Shown: positions 43,921 to 52,743, counted from the first letter of the stretch. The stretch: 64,000 nucleotides of DNA from Candidatus Acidiferrum sp. (GCA_035566435.1 DATMRF010000117.1:127052-191051), one strand, 5' to 3'. A program made the numbers and translations. The notes: generated by a model from the letters alone, not told the origin.

Positions 43921-44826
43921 AAAGCTCTCCACCCCACCCTCGCCGGAGAAAATAAAATTTATCCTTCAGCCTTTAGCCTTCCCATCCCAACTGCCGATAG
44001 CTCCCGCTGGCCTGTCCCCGCATCCGCACCTATCTGCAGCCATCTGCAGTCATCTGCAGCCATGTGCATAGTGAAAGTCTTCCCCACCCCGTCTGCACTC
44101 GATTACGCTTAATTTCAGCTACGGACGCCCAATTACGGGAAATTCCTCCAGGGCCGAACTGCAGTTTTCGCCTTTCTGCCCGCGCCCGCCTTCGTGCTCT
44201 GCCCCTGTCAACTGTCAACTTTCCAAAGTTGACACAATCGTTCTTCTCAACTTCGACCAACCGCGGCCAACCGCGGCCAACCGCGCGCTTCCCGGTCAAA
44301 GTTCAGCCCACATCGATATCACCTAATAACACTTTATATCAGTTACTAACACCTACTACCGCGTACTAACACTTCCCGCATTTTGCCACGAACTGTTATT
44401 CGCTCCCCGCACCCAGCCCGATCATCACTTTGTGCCTTCTTGTCGTTATTCGGTCCTCGTCCGTGCCATCCGTGTCATCCGTAGTTCAACACCTCCCCGC
44501 TCAAGTTCGCTCTCGCAAAAACTCGACCAATCTCGACTAATCTTGAGTAATCTCGACCAAAATTAATTTCCCCCTTTCAGGGACTTCGGACGTTGGCCTT
44601 TCGACCTAGCGGGCAAACCGACGTTTTCTCTGGGAAAAAGCGGACCTGACCCTGCTGGGACGACGTGAACGTGTACTACGTCTTGGGCACATTGGTCGTC
44701 AGAACAGGGCCGATCAGACGAACCCCGGCCTGCAGACGCCCCGGTTTCGGAACGTTCAGTTTTAGGTTGAAATTCTTCGCTGACAGTGGATATTAGTAGA
44801 GGTATAAGAGCAGATTGGGTGATTTT

Positions 44827-45150
44827 ATGAAAACATCCCCGTTCATTCTGGCGTCCGTCATCACATTGGCTGCTGCTTCTGGCGTCTCGGCTGGCGACCG
44901 GCCCAAGACCGACAAGGCCACTACTACTCCGGCGGCGGAGCCGGCGAAGGCCTCACCGGCCCAGACTCAAGCCCCGCTGAAGGAAAAGAAGGTCGAAATC
45001 ACCGGGTCGTACGTGAAGCGCGAGGTCCGGCGTAATGGCCAAATCACCGACGGCATGAACCCGGTGCTGGTGATTGACAGCAAGTCTATCCAGACCAGTG
45101 GGGCTTCGGATCTGCGACAGTTGCTTGTCCGTCAGGGCGTCAACCGTTAA
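44827..45150 (+). CDS. Small secreted hypothetical protein (possible TonB-receptor-plug-like N-terminal remnant)
   Basis: Table ORF 44815..45150; Met at 44827 gives MKTSPFILASVITLAAASGVSA, a signal peptide. ...ITDGMNPVLVIDSKSIQTSGASDLRQLL is faintly plug-like. Low confidence. Confidence 0.3.
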   Translation: MKTSPFILASVITLAAASGVSAGDRPKTDKATTTPAAEPAKASPAQTQAPLKEKKVEITGSYVKREVRRNGQITDGMNPVLVIDSKSIQTSGASDLRQLLVRQGVNR

Positions 45151-45377
45151 CGCCGGGTCCGAAGTCCGTTCAGTTTGTGCAAACATTGGCGGGCGTGGCT
45201 ATTGCCGCGCCAGTCGAGTTCTTAATTTGGGTCACGGGTCCCCGTCCGCTGGCGCGAATAGGGTTAAAGACTCCTTCCGCCTCCCTTCCTTCCGTGAACC
45301 CCATCGAGCCCGCGGTTCGGAACCGCCGCAGACGTTTTTCCATTTGAACTTGCAATCCTGGACCTTAGCCTGTCCGG

Positions 45378-46403
45378 GTGAATCAGAACGTGCCGAGCGT
45401 CACGGTGTTGATCGCCGCCCGCCCGGGCCAGGCGGAGGTTAAGGCCGTTGACGCCAGCCGTGCGCTGGATTATCCGGCCGACAAACTGGAAATCATTGTG
45501 GCCCGGGGCAAACAGCCCTCGGCCCAGCGCAACGCCGCGCTGAAAGCCGCGCGCGGAGAACTCACCTACTTTCTCGACGATGATTCCTTGCCGGAGGCTG
45601 CAAATCTGCGGCGAGCCATCGCACACTTCAGCAGGCCGGAGGTCAAAATGGTCGGCGGCCCGAATGTCTGCCCGCCGGCGGCGCCCGAGCTGGAGCAAGT
45701 CTTTGCGCTAGTGTTAGGAAGCTGGCTGGCACTCGGGCCGAGCCGCGCACGGTACACACCGGTGGGACAGGTCCGCGAGACCAGCGAGAAGGAATTGATT
45801 CTGTGCAACCTGGTCGCGCGCCGGGACGCGATGCTGGAGTTAGGGGGGTTCAACGAAGCACTCTATCCCAACGAAGAAAATGCCTTGATGGACGAGCTGC
45901 AGAAGCGCGGGGGCAAGCTCGTTTATGACCCGGCGTTTGTGGTGCATCGGCGGCCCCGTCCAAATCTCGCGGCGTTTGCCAGGATGCTGATGACTTATGG
46001 GCGTGGCCGGGCGGAGCAATTCAGGCTGCACCCCACTCCCGGGTCGGCGCTCAACTTTGTCCCGCCGCTCTTTCTGGTTTACCTGGTGTCGTTGGTTGCC
46101 GTGCCCTGGGTCGGGACGATTCTTTTGGTCCCCCTCGGGGTGTACGGCTTGGCGGTGTTGACGCAGGCGGCGGTCCTGAGAGTCTCAAGTCCCAAGTCTC
46201 AAGTCCCAGGTTCGCACTCCACGGTCCAAAGTCCACCTACGAGTACAGGGCAACAAGTATTTCGGCGCGTTGCGGTGATTCCGCTGATCTGTCTGACTCA
46301 TGTGCTCTATGGTGCGGGGTTCTGGCGAGGCTTGTTCACGAGGCTGGGCACCGGTGCGCAGCCGCCGCCGCCGGCAGTGGTCCTTGAGACTGTCGCGCGG
46401 TGA
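45378..46403 (+). CDS. Family 2 glycosyltransferase (GT2) with a C-terminal membrane region; contains an in-frame repeat-element insertion
   Basis: Table ORF. VTVLIAARPGQAEVKAV... DYPADKLEIIVARG...QRNAALKAARGELTYFLDDDSLPE shows the GT2 DxD. The C-terminal TM helices are interrupted by the S/P/Q-rich segment LRVSSPKSQVPGSHSTVQSPPTSTGQQ, encoded by the dispersed repeat at 46176-46255. Confidence 0.65.
   Translation: MNQNVPSVTVLIAARPGQAEVKAVDASRALDYPADKLEIIVARGKQPSAQRNAALKAARGELTYFLDDDSLPEAANLRRAIAHFSRPEVKMVGGPNVCPPAAPELEQVFALVLGSWLALGPSRARYTPVGQVRETSEKELILCNLVARRDAMLELGGFNEALYPNEENALMDELQKRGGKLVYDPAFVVHRRPRPNLAAFARMLMTYGRGRAEQFRLHPTPGSALNFVPPLFLVYLVSLVAVPWVGTILLVPLGVYGLAVLTQAAVLRVSSPKSQVPGSHSTVQSPPTSTGQQVFRRVAVIPLICLTHVLYGAGFWRGLFTRLGTGAQPPPPAVVLETVAR
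46176..46255. repeat. Dispersed (AGTCTCAAGTCCCAG)n-CACGGTCCAAAGTCCAC element, copy located inside the GT2 CDS (in-frame)
   Basis: gagtctcaagtcccaagtctcaagtcccaggttcgcactccacggtccaaagtccacctacgag. The same family occurs at 1878-1928, 48086-48175 and 51828-51890. Confidence 0.75.
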
Positions 46404-49400
46404 AGACGCCGCTCTGGACAAACGCCATCAAGAGCTGCGCTGATCCGCAGCGGGCTGGACATTTTCTGGACCTGCTGGCAAGCACACCTGCCCGCGAAGC
46501 ACTAACGTCCTTTTCGCCTGAACAGGCGGGCATCCTGGCTGCCTTATTCAGCGGCTCGCAGGCGCTCAGCAACACCCTCGTCACCCACCCTGATTGGCTC
46601 GCGATTTTTGAGCCTGAACGTCTGAAATTCGCCCGACGCAAGCAGGGGTTGCAACAGGAGGTAAGTCGCGCCCTGCAGCCGCTCCTCCAGCAACGCGATT
46701 ACGCTGCGGCGTTGGCGCGAGTGCGCGAGTTCAAGCAACGCGAGATGCTGCGCATCGGCGCCCGGGACCTCGCCCGCTTGGGGCGGCTGCCGGAAATTTT
46801 GCTGGAGCTTTCCGATGTGGCTGAGGTTTCCCTCGACGGGGTTTGGCGGGTCTGCCATTCGCAATTGACCGAGCGTTATGGCCGGCCCTACCACCAGGAT
46901 GCGTCCGGCCGCTGGCGCAAAACCTCGGCTTGCGTGCTCGGGATGGGCAAACTAGGCGGGCAGGAACTCAACTACAGCTCGGATGTCGATCTCCTGCTGG
47001 TCTATAGCGAGGAGGGGGAGGTTTACGCTCACGAGCCCCCGGCAATGGAGGCGGAAAAGGGCGGCCGCGGACGGAAGCGTGCGCACTCCGATGCGCCACG
47101 GCCCGTGCTGGCGAACCACCAGTTTTTCAAACGGCTCGCAGAAGCCTTCATCGCGGAAGTGACACGCCTGGCGCCGGAAGGGGCGCTTTACCGGATCGAT
47201 TTCAGGCTGCGGCCCGAAGGCGAGGGCGGACCGCTGAGCCGTTCGCTCGCCAGTTACGAGAACTACTACGCCCAATGGGGTCAGACCTGGGAGCGAATGA
47301 TGCTGATCAAGGCCCGCGGCGTTGCCGGCGATGAAATGCTGGCGGCGGAGTTTCTCGAGATGGTCCAGCCTTTTAGGTACCCTCGTTCGATCAATGACGG
47401 CGTCCTGGGTGAGGTCGGGGCGATGAAAGACCGGATTGAAAACGAGGTGGTCAAGGCCGGCGAACTTGAGCGGAACGTGAAACTCGGGCGCGGCGGCATC
47501 CGGGAAATCGAGTTTATCGCGCAATCCGTGCAGTTGCTGCACGCCGGCAGGCAGCCGTTCCTACAGGGAGCTCAGACGCTGCCCTGTCTGGAAAAGCTCG
47601 TGCAGTACGAGCTCTTGTCCGCTGTGGACTCGCGCCTGCTGCGGGACGCCTACGTGTTCCTCCGCGAGGTCGAGCACCGCCTCCAAATGGAGGATAACCG
47701 GCAGACCCACACAATCCCGGCCAACCGGCCGGCCCAGGAACGGCTCGCGCGCCTGCTCGGGTTCAGCCATGCCCGCGAGTTCGAATCGGCGCGCCAGGAA
47801 CACACTGTCAACGTCCGCCGCATCTTCGATGAACAGCTCAAGGCCGAAGTCCCCCAACTCAGCGCCGGGTCGCCTTTCCCGCGCCATTTCGAAGGTGCCG
47901 AGGCCGAGTGGAAGCGGCTCCTTGCTGACCACGCTTTCAAGGACGTGGACAAGGCCTTTCGTGTGCTGCGGGAGTTCGTCGAAGGTCCCGGTTTCGTGCA
48001 TGTGTCGCCGCGCACCAGCGAGCTGGCCTTTCAGTTGTTGCCGAAGTTTTTTGCTCTGTGCCCTCACGAAGGTGCTTGCGAAGCACGTCCAAAGTCCCAG
48101 GTCTCAAGTCCCAGGTCTCAAGCTTCAGGTCTCAAGTCCCGGGCTCAAGGTCCAGGGTCTGCCCACGCAAACGGGGCAGCGAGAGCGCCGCTTTCCGATC
48201 CCGACCGCGTGGTGACACGGCTGGACAATTTTATCGGCGCGTATGGGGCACGGGCGACGCTCTTTGAGTTGTGGGCGCACAACCCGGCGATTTTTGAACT
48301 GTTGGTGCTGCTGTTCGACCGTTCGGAATTCCTCGCCGAGCTCTCCATCCGCACGCCGGATCTTGTGGATGAATTGGTTGCCAGCGGCCGTTTGCGCCAG
48401 CGGAAAACCGCGGAGGAAACCCTGCGCGATTTGCGGCATGGGGTGCGCGATGCAGACCAACACCTTTGGCTGCGCCGGTATCACCAGGCCGAGCTCATGC
48501 GCATCGGCTTGCGGGACATCCTCGGCCTGGCGGATTTCGAACAATACCTGACCGAGCTGTCCGCCCTTGCCGATGCTTGCCTGCAGTACGCGCTCGAAGT
48601 GGTGTTGCGCAAACACCGCCTCAAGGCACCACCTTTTGCCATCATCGGCCTCGGCAAATTGGGCGGCGCGGAAATCGATTACGGGTCGGACCTGGACATC
48701 GTGTTCGTGGCGGACGCTAAGGCGAAAAACCTGACGCGACTTTCACGGTTGGCCCTGGAGGTGATGGAGTTGGTCTCGCGCCGGACGGAGCAAGGTCTGG
48801 TCTTTCATACCGACGCGCGGCTGCGGCCGGACGGCGAAAAGGGCCTGCTCGTCAATACGCTGAAGGCTTATAAGGATTATTATCGGCACCGTGCCCACCT
48901 TTGGGAAATCCAGACTCTCACGCGCACGCGCCCCGTGGCTGGCGACCTGGTGGTGGGGCAGCAATTCCAAAACCTGGCGGCCGCGTTGACGAACTTTGCC
49001 GCTCCGAGCCTGCCGCTGGCGGCCTACTCGCCCGATTGGAAGCAGAAGATCCATCAGATGCGCCTGCGCATCGAGAAGGAACGCACCCGGCGCAGCCAGG
49101 ATGAGCTGGCCATCAAGACCGGCTCCGGGGGCTTGATGGACGCTGAATTTGTCGCACAGTCGCTGTGCATGGAGTACGGCTGGCAGGAGGCCAACACGAT
49201 GAGGGCGCTGGAAAAAGGGCGCGACGCTGCGGTCCTTCCCGGCGCGGACAAACTCATCCGCCATTATCGCGAACTCCGGCGTGTCGAGGGTATCCTGCGG
49301 CGCTGGAGCTACGAAGGTGAAACCGTGTTGCCCGACGACCCGGAGCCCTACTATCGCGTGTCAGTCCGGTGCGGTTTCGCAACACCCGGGGCGTTTCGCA

Positions 49401-49459
49401 AAGCGATAAGGGCCTGCCGAAAGGCGATTCGCGAGGTATATGCCAGCGTGTTTACTTAA
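46400..49459 (+). CDS. glnE: Bifunctional glutamine synthetase adenylyltransferase/adenylyl-removing enzyme
   Basis: Table ORF of 1019 aa. Two nucleotidyltransferase cores (GMGKLGGQELNYSSDVDLLLVY and GLGKLGGAEIDYGSDLDIVFV). There is a 4-bp overlap with the GT2 gene. The inter-domain linker contains a repeat-element insertion (...EARPKSQVSSPRSQASGLKSRAQGPGSAHA...). Confidence 0.85.
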   Translation: MKTPLWTNAIKSCADPQRAGHFLDLLASTPAREALTSFSPEQAGILAALFSGSQALSNTLVTHPDWLAIFEPERLKFARRKQGLQQEVSRALQPLLQQRDYAAALARVREFKQREMLRIGARDLARLGRLPEILLELSDVAEVSLDGVWRVCHSQLTERYGRPYHQDASGRWRKTSACVLGMGKLGGQELNYSSDVDLLLVYSEEGEVYAHEPPAMEAEKGGRGRKRAHSDAPRPVLANHQFFKRLAEAFIAEVTRLAPEGALYRIDFRLRPEGEGGPLSRSLASYENYYAQWGQTWERMMLIKARGVAGDEMLAAEFLEMVQPFRYPRSINDGVLGEVGAMKDRIENEVVKAGELERNVKLGRGGIREIEFIAQSVQLLHAGRQPFLQGAQTLPCLEKLVQYELLSAVDSRLLRDAYVFLREVEHRLQMEDNRQTHTIPANRPAQERLARLLGFSHAREFESARQEHTVNVRRIFDEQLKAEVPQLSAGSPFPRHFEGAEAEWKRLLADHAFKDVDKAFRVLREFVEGPGFVHVSPRTSELAFQLLPKFFALCPHEGACEARPKSQVSSPRSQASGLKSRAQGPGSAHANGAARAPLSDPDRVVTRLDNFIGAYGARATLFELWAHNPAIFELLVLLFDRSEFLAELSIRTPDLVDELVASGRLRQRKTAEETLRDLRHGVRDADQHLWLRRYHQAELMRIGLRDILGLADFEQYLTELSALADACLQYALEVVLRKHRLKAPPFAIIGLGKLGGAEIDYGSDLDIVFVADAKAKNLTRLSRLALEVMELVSRRTEQGLVFHTDARLRPDGEKGLLVNTLKAYKDYYRHRAHLWEIQTLTRTRPVAGDLVVGQQFQNLAAALTNFAAPSLPLAAYSPDWKQKIHQMRLRIEKERTRRSQDELAIKTGSGGLMDAEFVAQSLCMEYGWQEANTMRALEKGRDAAVLPGADKLIRHYRELRRVEGILRRWSYEGETVLPDDPEPYYRVSVRCGFATPGAFRKAIRACRKAIREVYASVFT
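48086..48175. repeat. Dispersed (AGTCTCAAGTCCCAG)n element, copy inside glnE (in-frame, in the linker between the two halves)
   Basis: cacgtccaaagtcccaggtctcaagtcccaggtctcaagcttcaggtctcaagtcccgggctcaaggtccagggtc. Confidence 0.75.
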
Positions 49460-49460
49460 A

Positions 49461-50276
49461 TCACATCTTCCCGCGCTGGCGGCTGGCTTCGTAGAGAAAA
49501 ACCGCGGAGGCACTGCCGACGTTCAGTGAATCGACCGCCGGAGCCATTGGAACAGCCACCGCGTCATCGCATTCATCCAGAACGGGCGGCGAGAGCCCGT
49601 AACCTTCGCTCCCGAAAACGATGCAGCTATTGGCCGCGAAATCAGCCTCCGATACAGTCCGGCCGTCCACGTGCGGGTGGGCCGCGATGCAGCGGATGCC
49701 CCGTGCGCGCAATTCCTGCAACGTCCCTGCCAAGCCCGTGCTTTCGAGGATCGGTAGCTGAAAAACTGTCCCCATCGAACTGCGAACGGCTCGGCGCAGG
49801 TAGGGGCTGGCCGAGGTTTCTCCCACCAGCAGCGCCTGCACATCGAAGGCGGCGCAATTCCGAATCAGCGCACCGAGATTCTCGGCGCTCGAGAGGCCGT
49901 CCACCGCCGCCAGCAAATACGGTTTCGTTGCGCGTATGAGGACCTCTTCCAGTGGCGGAGCAGGCGGCACTCTACCGACCGCCAGCAGGCCCTGGTACAT
50001 CGAAAACCCGGTCAGCGTTTCGAGGAGTTTCTTCTCCGCAACGAAAACACGGATGTCCTCGCGCCGGGCTTGCAGCAGGGGTTCCAAATCCCGGAGCCAC
50101 TTTTCGGGCAGCAAAACCGAAACCACACTGACCTGGCTTTCGAGGAGCCGGCGCACCACTTTCTCGCCTTCGGCCACAAAGATGCCTTGTTGTCTGTGCT
50201 CGTACTGCCGCCGCATCGTGCGGTAGGGTTGCAACTCAGCCAGCTCAAAGGAGTCGATTGTGTGGACGTGGAACAT
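49461..50276 (-). CDS. TrmH/SpoU-family RNA 2'-O-methyltransferase
   Basis: Table ORF. N-terminal substrate-binding-like domain, then the SPOUT core (...LLVGETSASPYLRRAVRSSMGTVFQLP... GSEGYGLS... DSLNVGSASAVFLYE). Confidence 0.7.
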   Translation of the reverse strand: MFHVHTIDSFELAELQPYRTMRRQYEHRQQGIFVAEGEKVVRRLLESQVSVVSVLLPEKWLRDLEPLLQARREDIRVFVAEKKLLETLTGFSMYQGLLAVGRVPPAPPLEEVLIRATKPYLLAAVDGLSSAENLGALIRNCAAFDVQALLVGETSASPYLRRAVRSSMGTVFQLPILESTGLAGTLQELRARGIRCIAAHPHVDGRTVSEADFAANSCIVFGSEGYGLSPPVLDECDDAVAVPMAPAVDSLNVGSASAVFLYEASRQRGKM

Positions 50277-50344
50277 TCGCAGGTTGCAGTCGGGCGGTGG
50301 GAAGTCGGAAGTGCGAAGAGCCCTGGGCTCGCTTGCCCCGGCCG

Positions 50345-51190
50345 CTACAGGCCCAGCGTGGCCTGCTCGTGCAGGACCATCGGGGCCGGGACGGCGTCGC
50401 CCGGTCCCCCGAGCACCAGGGTGGGGCAGGGAACCTTTTGCGAGGTCAACTCCAGGCGCACGTGGGCGGCGCCAATCTTTTTAAGTCGCTCGTCCGCCAC
50501 CCGATGAGCGAGCTCGGGACGATTGCATTCCCGGCTCAGGTGGCCGAGGTAAAGGTGGCGAAGGCTGGCGGACATAATCTGCTCGGCGGCGTCGGCGGCG
50601 GCTTCGTTTGAGAGATGGCCGTGCCGGCCGAGGATGCGCTGTTTGAGGCTCCAGGGCCGGTGGGGACAATCCTGCAACATTTTGATGTCGTGATTCGACT
50701 CGAGCACCAGGACATTGGCGCGACGCACCCGTTCTAGTGCCAGCCGTGTCGCGTGGCCGAGGTCAGTCAGGAACCCGATGTTGCCGCCAGCTGTCTGCAG
50801 CAGGAAGCCGACCGGGTCTTGGGCGTCGTGTGGAATGCTGAAGGTCTCGACCAAAAAATCGCCAATTTCGAAACTCGATCCGGTGGCAAACATCCGGCAA
50901 TCGAGTTTCACCTGGAGTTGATATTCGATGGCCTCGCGTGTTGGCCGGTTGCAATACACCGGGATATGAAGCTTCTCGCTCAACGCCGCGAGCCCCGCCA
51001 CATGGTCGGAATGCTCATGCGTGATCAGGATACCCGTAAGGTTCTCAGGCCCGCGTCCGATTGTGGCGAGTCGCTGCCGGGTCTGGCGCAGGCTGAAACC
51101 TGCGTCGATGAGGATGCGGGCCTCCTCTGTTTCCAGGTAGGCGCAGTTTCCAGAGGAACCGCTGCCAAGAATAGTCAGGCGAACAGGCAC
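50345..51190 (-). CDS. MBL-fold metallo-hydrolase
   Basis: Table ORF 50345..51397, trimmed to a putative GTG start at 51190 (MPVRLTILGSGSSGNC...). HEHSDH zinc motif. The discarded N-terminal extension is low-complexity and would run through the REP-like element at 51279-51301. The start is uncertain. Confidence 0.55.
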   Translation of the reverse strand: MPVRLTILGSGSSGNCAYLETEEARILIDAGFSLRQTRQRLATIGRGPENLTGILITHEHSDHVAGLAALSEKLHIPVYCNRPTREAIEYQLQVKLDCRMFATGSSFEIGDFLVETFSIPHDAQDPVGFLLQTAGGNIGFLTDLGHATRLALERVRRANVLVLESNHDIKMLQDCPHRPWSLKQRILGRHGHLSNEAAADAAEQIMSASLRHLYLGHLSRECNRPELAHRVADERLKKIGAAHVRLELTSQKVPCPTLVLGGPGDAVPAPMVLHEQATLGL

Positions 51191-51278
51191 GGTCCAACTT
51201 AGTGAGGCTCCCTGCACCGGGCAATATTTTTTGGGCGTGTCAAGTCCTCTCGGCGAGCGTTCAACAACCCGGGGCGGG

Positions 51279-51301
51279 GACGGCCACGTCCCCGGAGAGC
51301 G
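51279..51301. repeat. REP-like palindromic element, copy 3 of 3 (reverse orientation)
   Basis: caacccggggcggggacggccacgtccccgg is the reverse complement of the copy at 9844-9866, including the flanking CGGGTTG. Confidence 0.7.
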
Positions 51302-51378
51302 CCAGTCCACTAGACCCCCTGAGGTGCCCGTGCCCGCCCCCGGTCTTGTGTTTGCTCGAATCGCCGTTCGTGCGGCGC

Positions 51379-51792
51379 TTACCCCGCCTCTGTCCACCGC
51401 CGCGACTCTTTCTTCGTGGCATGATGGGCTTTGTCGGCCAGCATGCGTTGTTTCGCGCGCCGACTGCGCCGCCGTTTTTGGCGGCGGATTTTTTCGATCC
51501 GTGCGCGTTGCGAGGCGACGGCCCCTGTGCGCAACGCCTCGAGTTTATCCAGGAGCAAGCGCCGCGCGATGAACCGGTTGAGCCCTTGCTGGCGGGTGGC
51601 CTGGCACTTCACTTGTAGGCCGGTCGGGCGGTGGAGCAGCATGACACAGGTCGAGGTTTTGTTAACATTCTGGCCCCCGTGTCCTCCCGACCGGACGAAG
51701 GTCTCCTCCAAATCAGCCTCCGTCACCCCCATGGCGGCCATGCGCCGGGAGAGTTGGGTTTCCTTCTCGGGGCTGACAGGGAAAGCGCTCAT
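51379..51792 (-). CDS. arfB: Alternative ribosome-rescue factor ArfB (YaeJ-like peptidyl-tRNA hydrolase with a GGQ motif)
   Basis: The internal Met (verified ATG at 51792) of table ORF 51379..52152 gives 137 aa. ...FVRSGGHGGQNVNKTSTCVMLLH... with a basic C-terminal tail (KIRRQKRRRSRRAKQR), typical of ArfB. Confidence 0.7.
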   Translation of the reverse strand: MSAFPVSPEKETQLSRRMAAMGVTEADLEETFVRSGGHGGQNVNKTSTCVMLLHRPTGLQVKCQATRQQGLNRFIARRLLLDKLEALRTGAVASQRARIEKIRRQKRRRSRRAKQRMLADKAHHATKKESRRWTEAG

Positions 51793-51827
51793 GCCAGGCA
51801 GCGTAGCTGAGTGGTTGAATGGCAGCA

Positions 51828-51890
51828 AGGTCCGAGCGCGCAGTTCACAATTCACGGTCCAGAGTCCACATTCCGTCTTCCGCCTTCTGA
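51828..51890. repeat. Variant copy of the dispersed ...CACGGTCCAGAGTCCAC... element, in the divergent arfB/ymdB promoter region
   Basis: aaggtccgagcgcgcagttcacaattcacggtccagagtccacattccgtc, compared with ttcgcactccacggtccaaagtccacctac at 46210-46240. Confidence 0.55.
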
Positions 51891-51936
51891 GCCTGAAACA
51901 GCTTGCCCATTGGTGGTCTCGCATTAGTGTGGTCCC

Positions 51937-52743
51937 GTGAAACTGCTCTTTATCGCAGATATTGTCGGGCAGCCGGGCCGGCGAGCGGTGAGAGGATTGG
52001 TTCCCAAATTGCGGCGCCAGCATGGCGTGGATGTGGTCATTGCCAACGGCGAGAATTCCGCCGGCGGCTCGGGGATCACAGTCGCCACCGCCGAAGAGAT
52101 TTTCACCGCCGGAGTGGACATTATCACCAGCGGCGATCATCTCTGGGACCAAAAGGAGGTGATGGAGTTGCTCGGAAGCGAGCCGCGATTCGTTCGCCCG
52201 TTGAATTACCCCGCAGGTGTGCCGGGGCAGGGCAGCACCGTTTTCCGGGCGCCCGGCCTGCCGCCGTTAGGCATCATCAACCTTCAGGGCCGAACCTTCA
52301 TGCCTGCGCTCGAAAACCCCTTCCCGTGCGCCCTGGCCGAGGTCGAAAGGTTGCGGCAATCCGTCAGGCTGCTCTTCATCGATTTTCACGCCGAGGCGAC
52401 GTCCGAAAAAGTAGCGCTTACCCGCATGCTCGATGGCAAGGTGAGCGCCGTGGTTGGCACCCACACGCACGTCCAGACGGCTGACGAACAAATCCTCCCC
52501 GGCGGGACCGCTTTCCTCTGCGACGCCGGCTTTACGGGACCGCACGACAGCGTGATTGGACGCGAAATCGAACCGATCATCCGGCGGTTCCTGACCAACA
52601 TGCCCCAGAAATTCGAGGTCGCCAAAGGCCGAGTTCTGCTGCAAGGCGCCCTGGTCGAAATTGACGAGCAGAGCGGGCGGGCGTCAAAGATTGAGCGCGT
52701 CTCCGAACCCCTGGCGGAGGAGCTTCGTCCCTTGGGAGCTTGA
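51937..52743 (+). CDS. ymdB: YmdB-family metallophosphoesterase (2',3'-cyclic-nucleotide phosphodiesterase-like)
   Basis: Table ORF. MKLLFIADIVGQPGRRAV...VDVVIANGENSAGGSGIT...GVDIITSGDHLWD matches the YmdB/TIGR00282 pattern. Confidence 0.75.
   Translation: MKLLFIADIVGQPGRRAVRGLVPKLRRQHGVDVVIANGENSAGGSGITVATAEEIFTAGVDIITSGDHLWDQKEVMELLGSEPRFVRPLNYPAGVPGQGSTVFRAPGLPPLGIINLQGRTFMPALENPFPCALAEVERLRQSVRLLFIDFHAEATSEKVALTRMLDGKVSAVVGTHTHVQTADEQILPGGTAFLCDAGFTGPHDSVIGREIEPIIRRFLTNMPQKFEVAKGRVLLQGALVEIDEQSGRASKIERVSEPLAEELRPLGA

Noticed and set aside
43349-43921. 190-aa ORF across the repeat array (contains recurring CHGVT / VTPCH peptides)
   Set aside because: It is merely the translation of the TGTCAC/GTGTCAC repeats. 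It has no start context and Pro/His/Cys/Arg-rich junk composition, and neighbouring frames are equally open.
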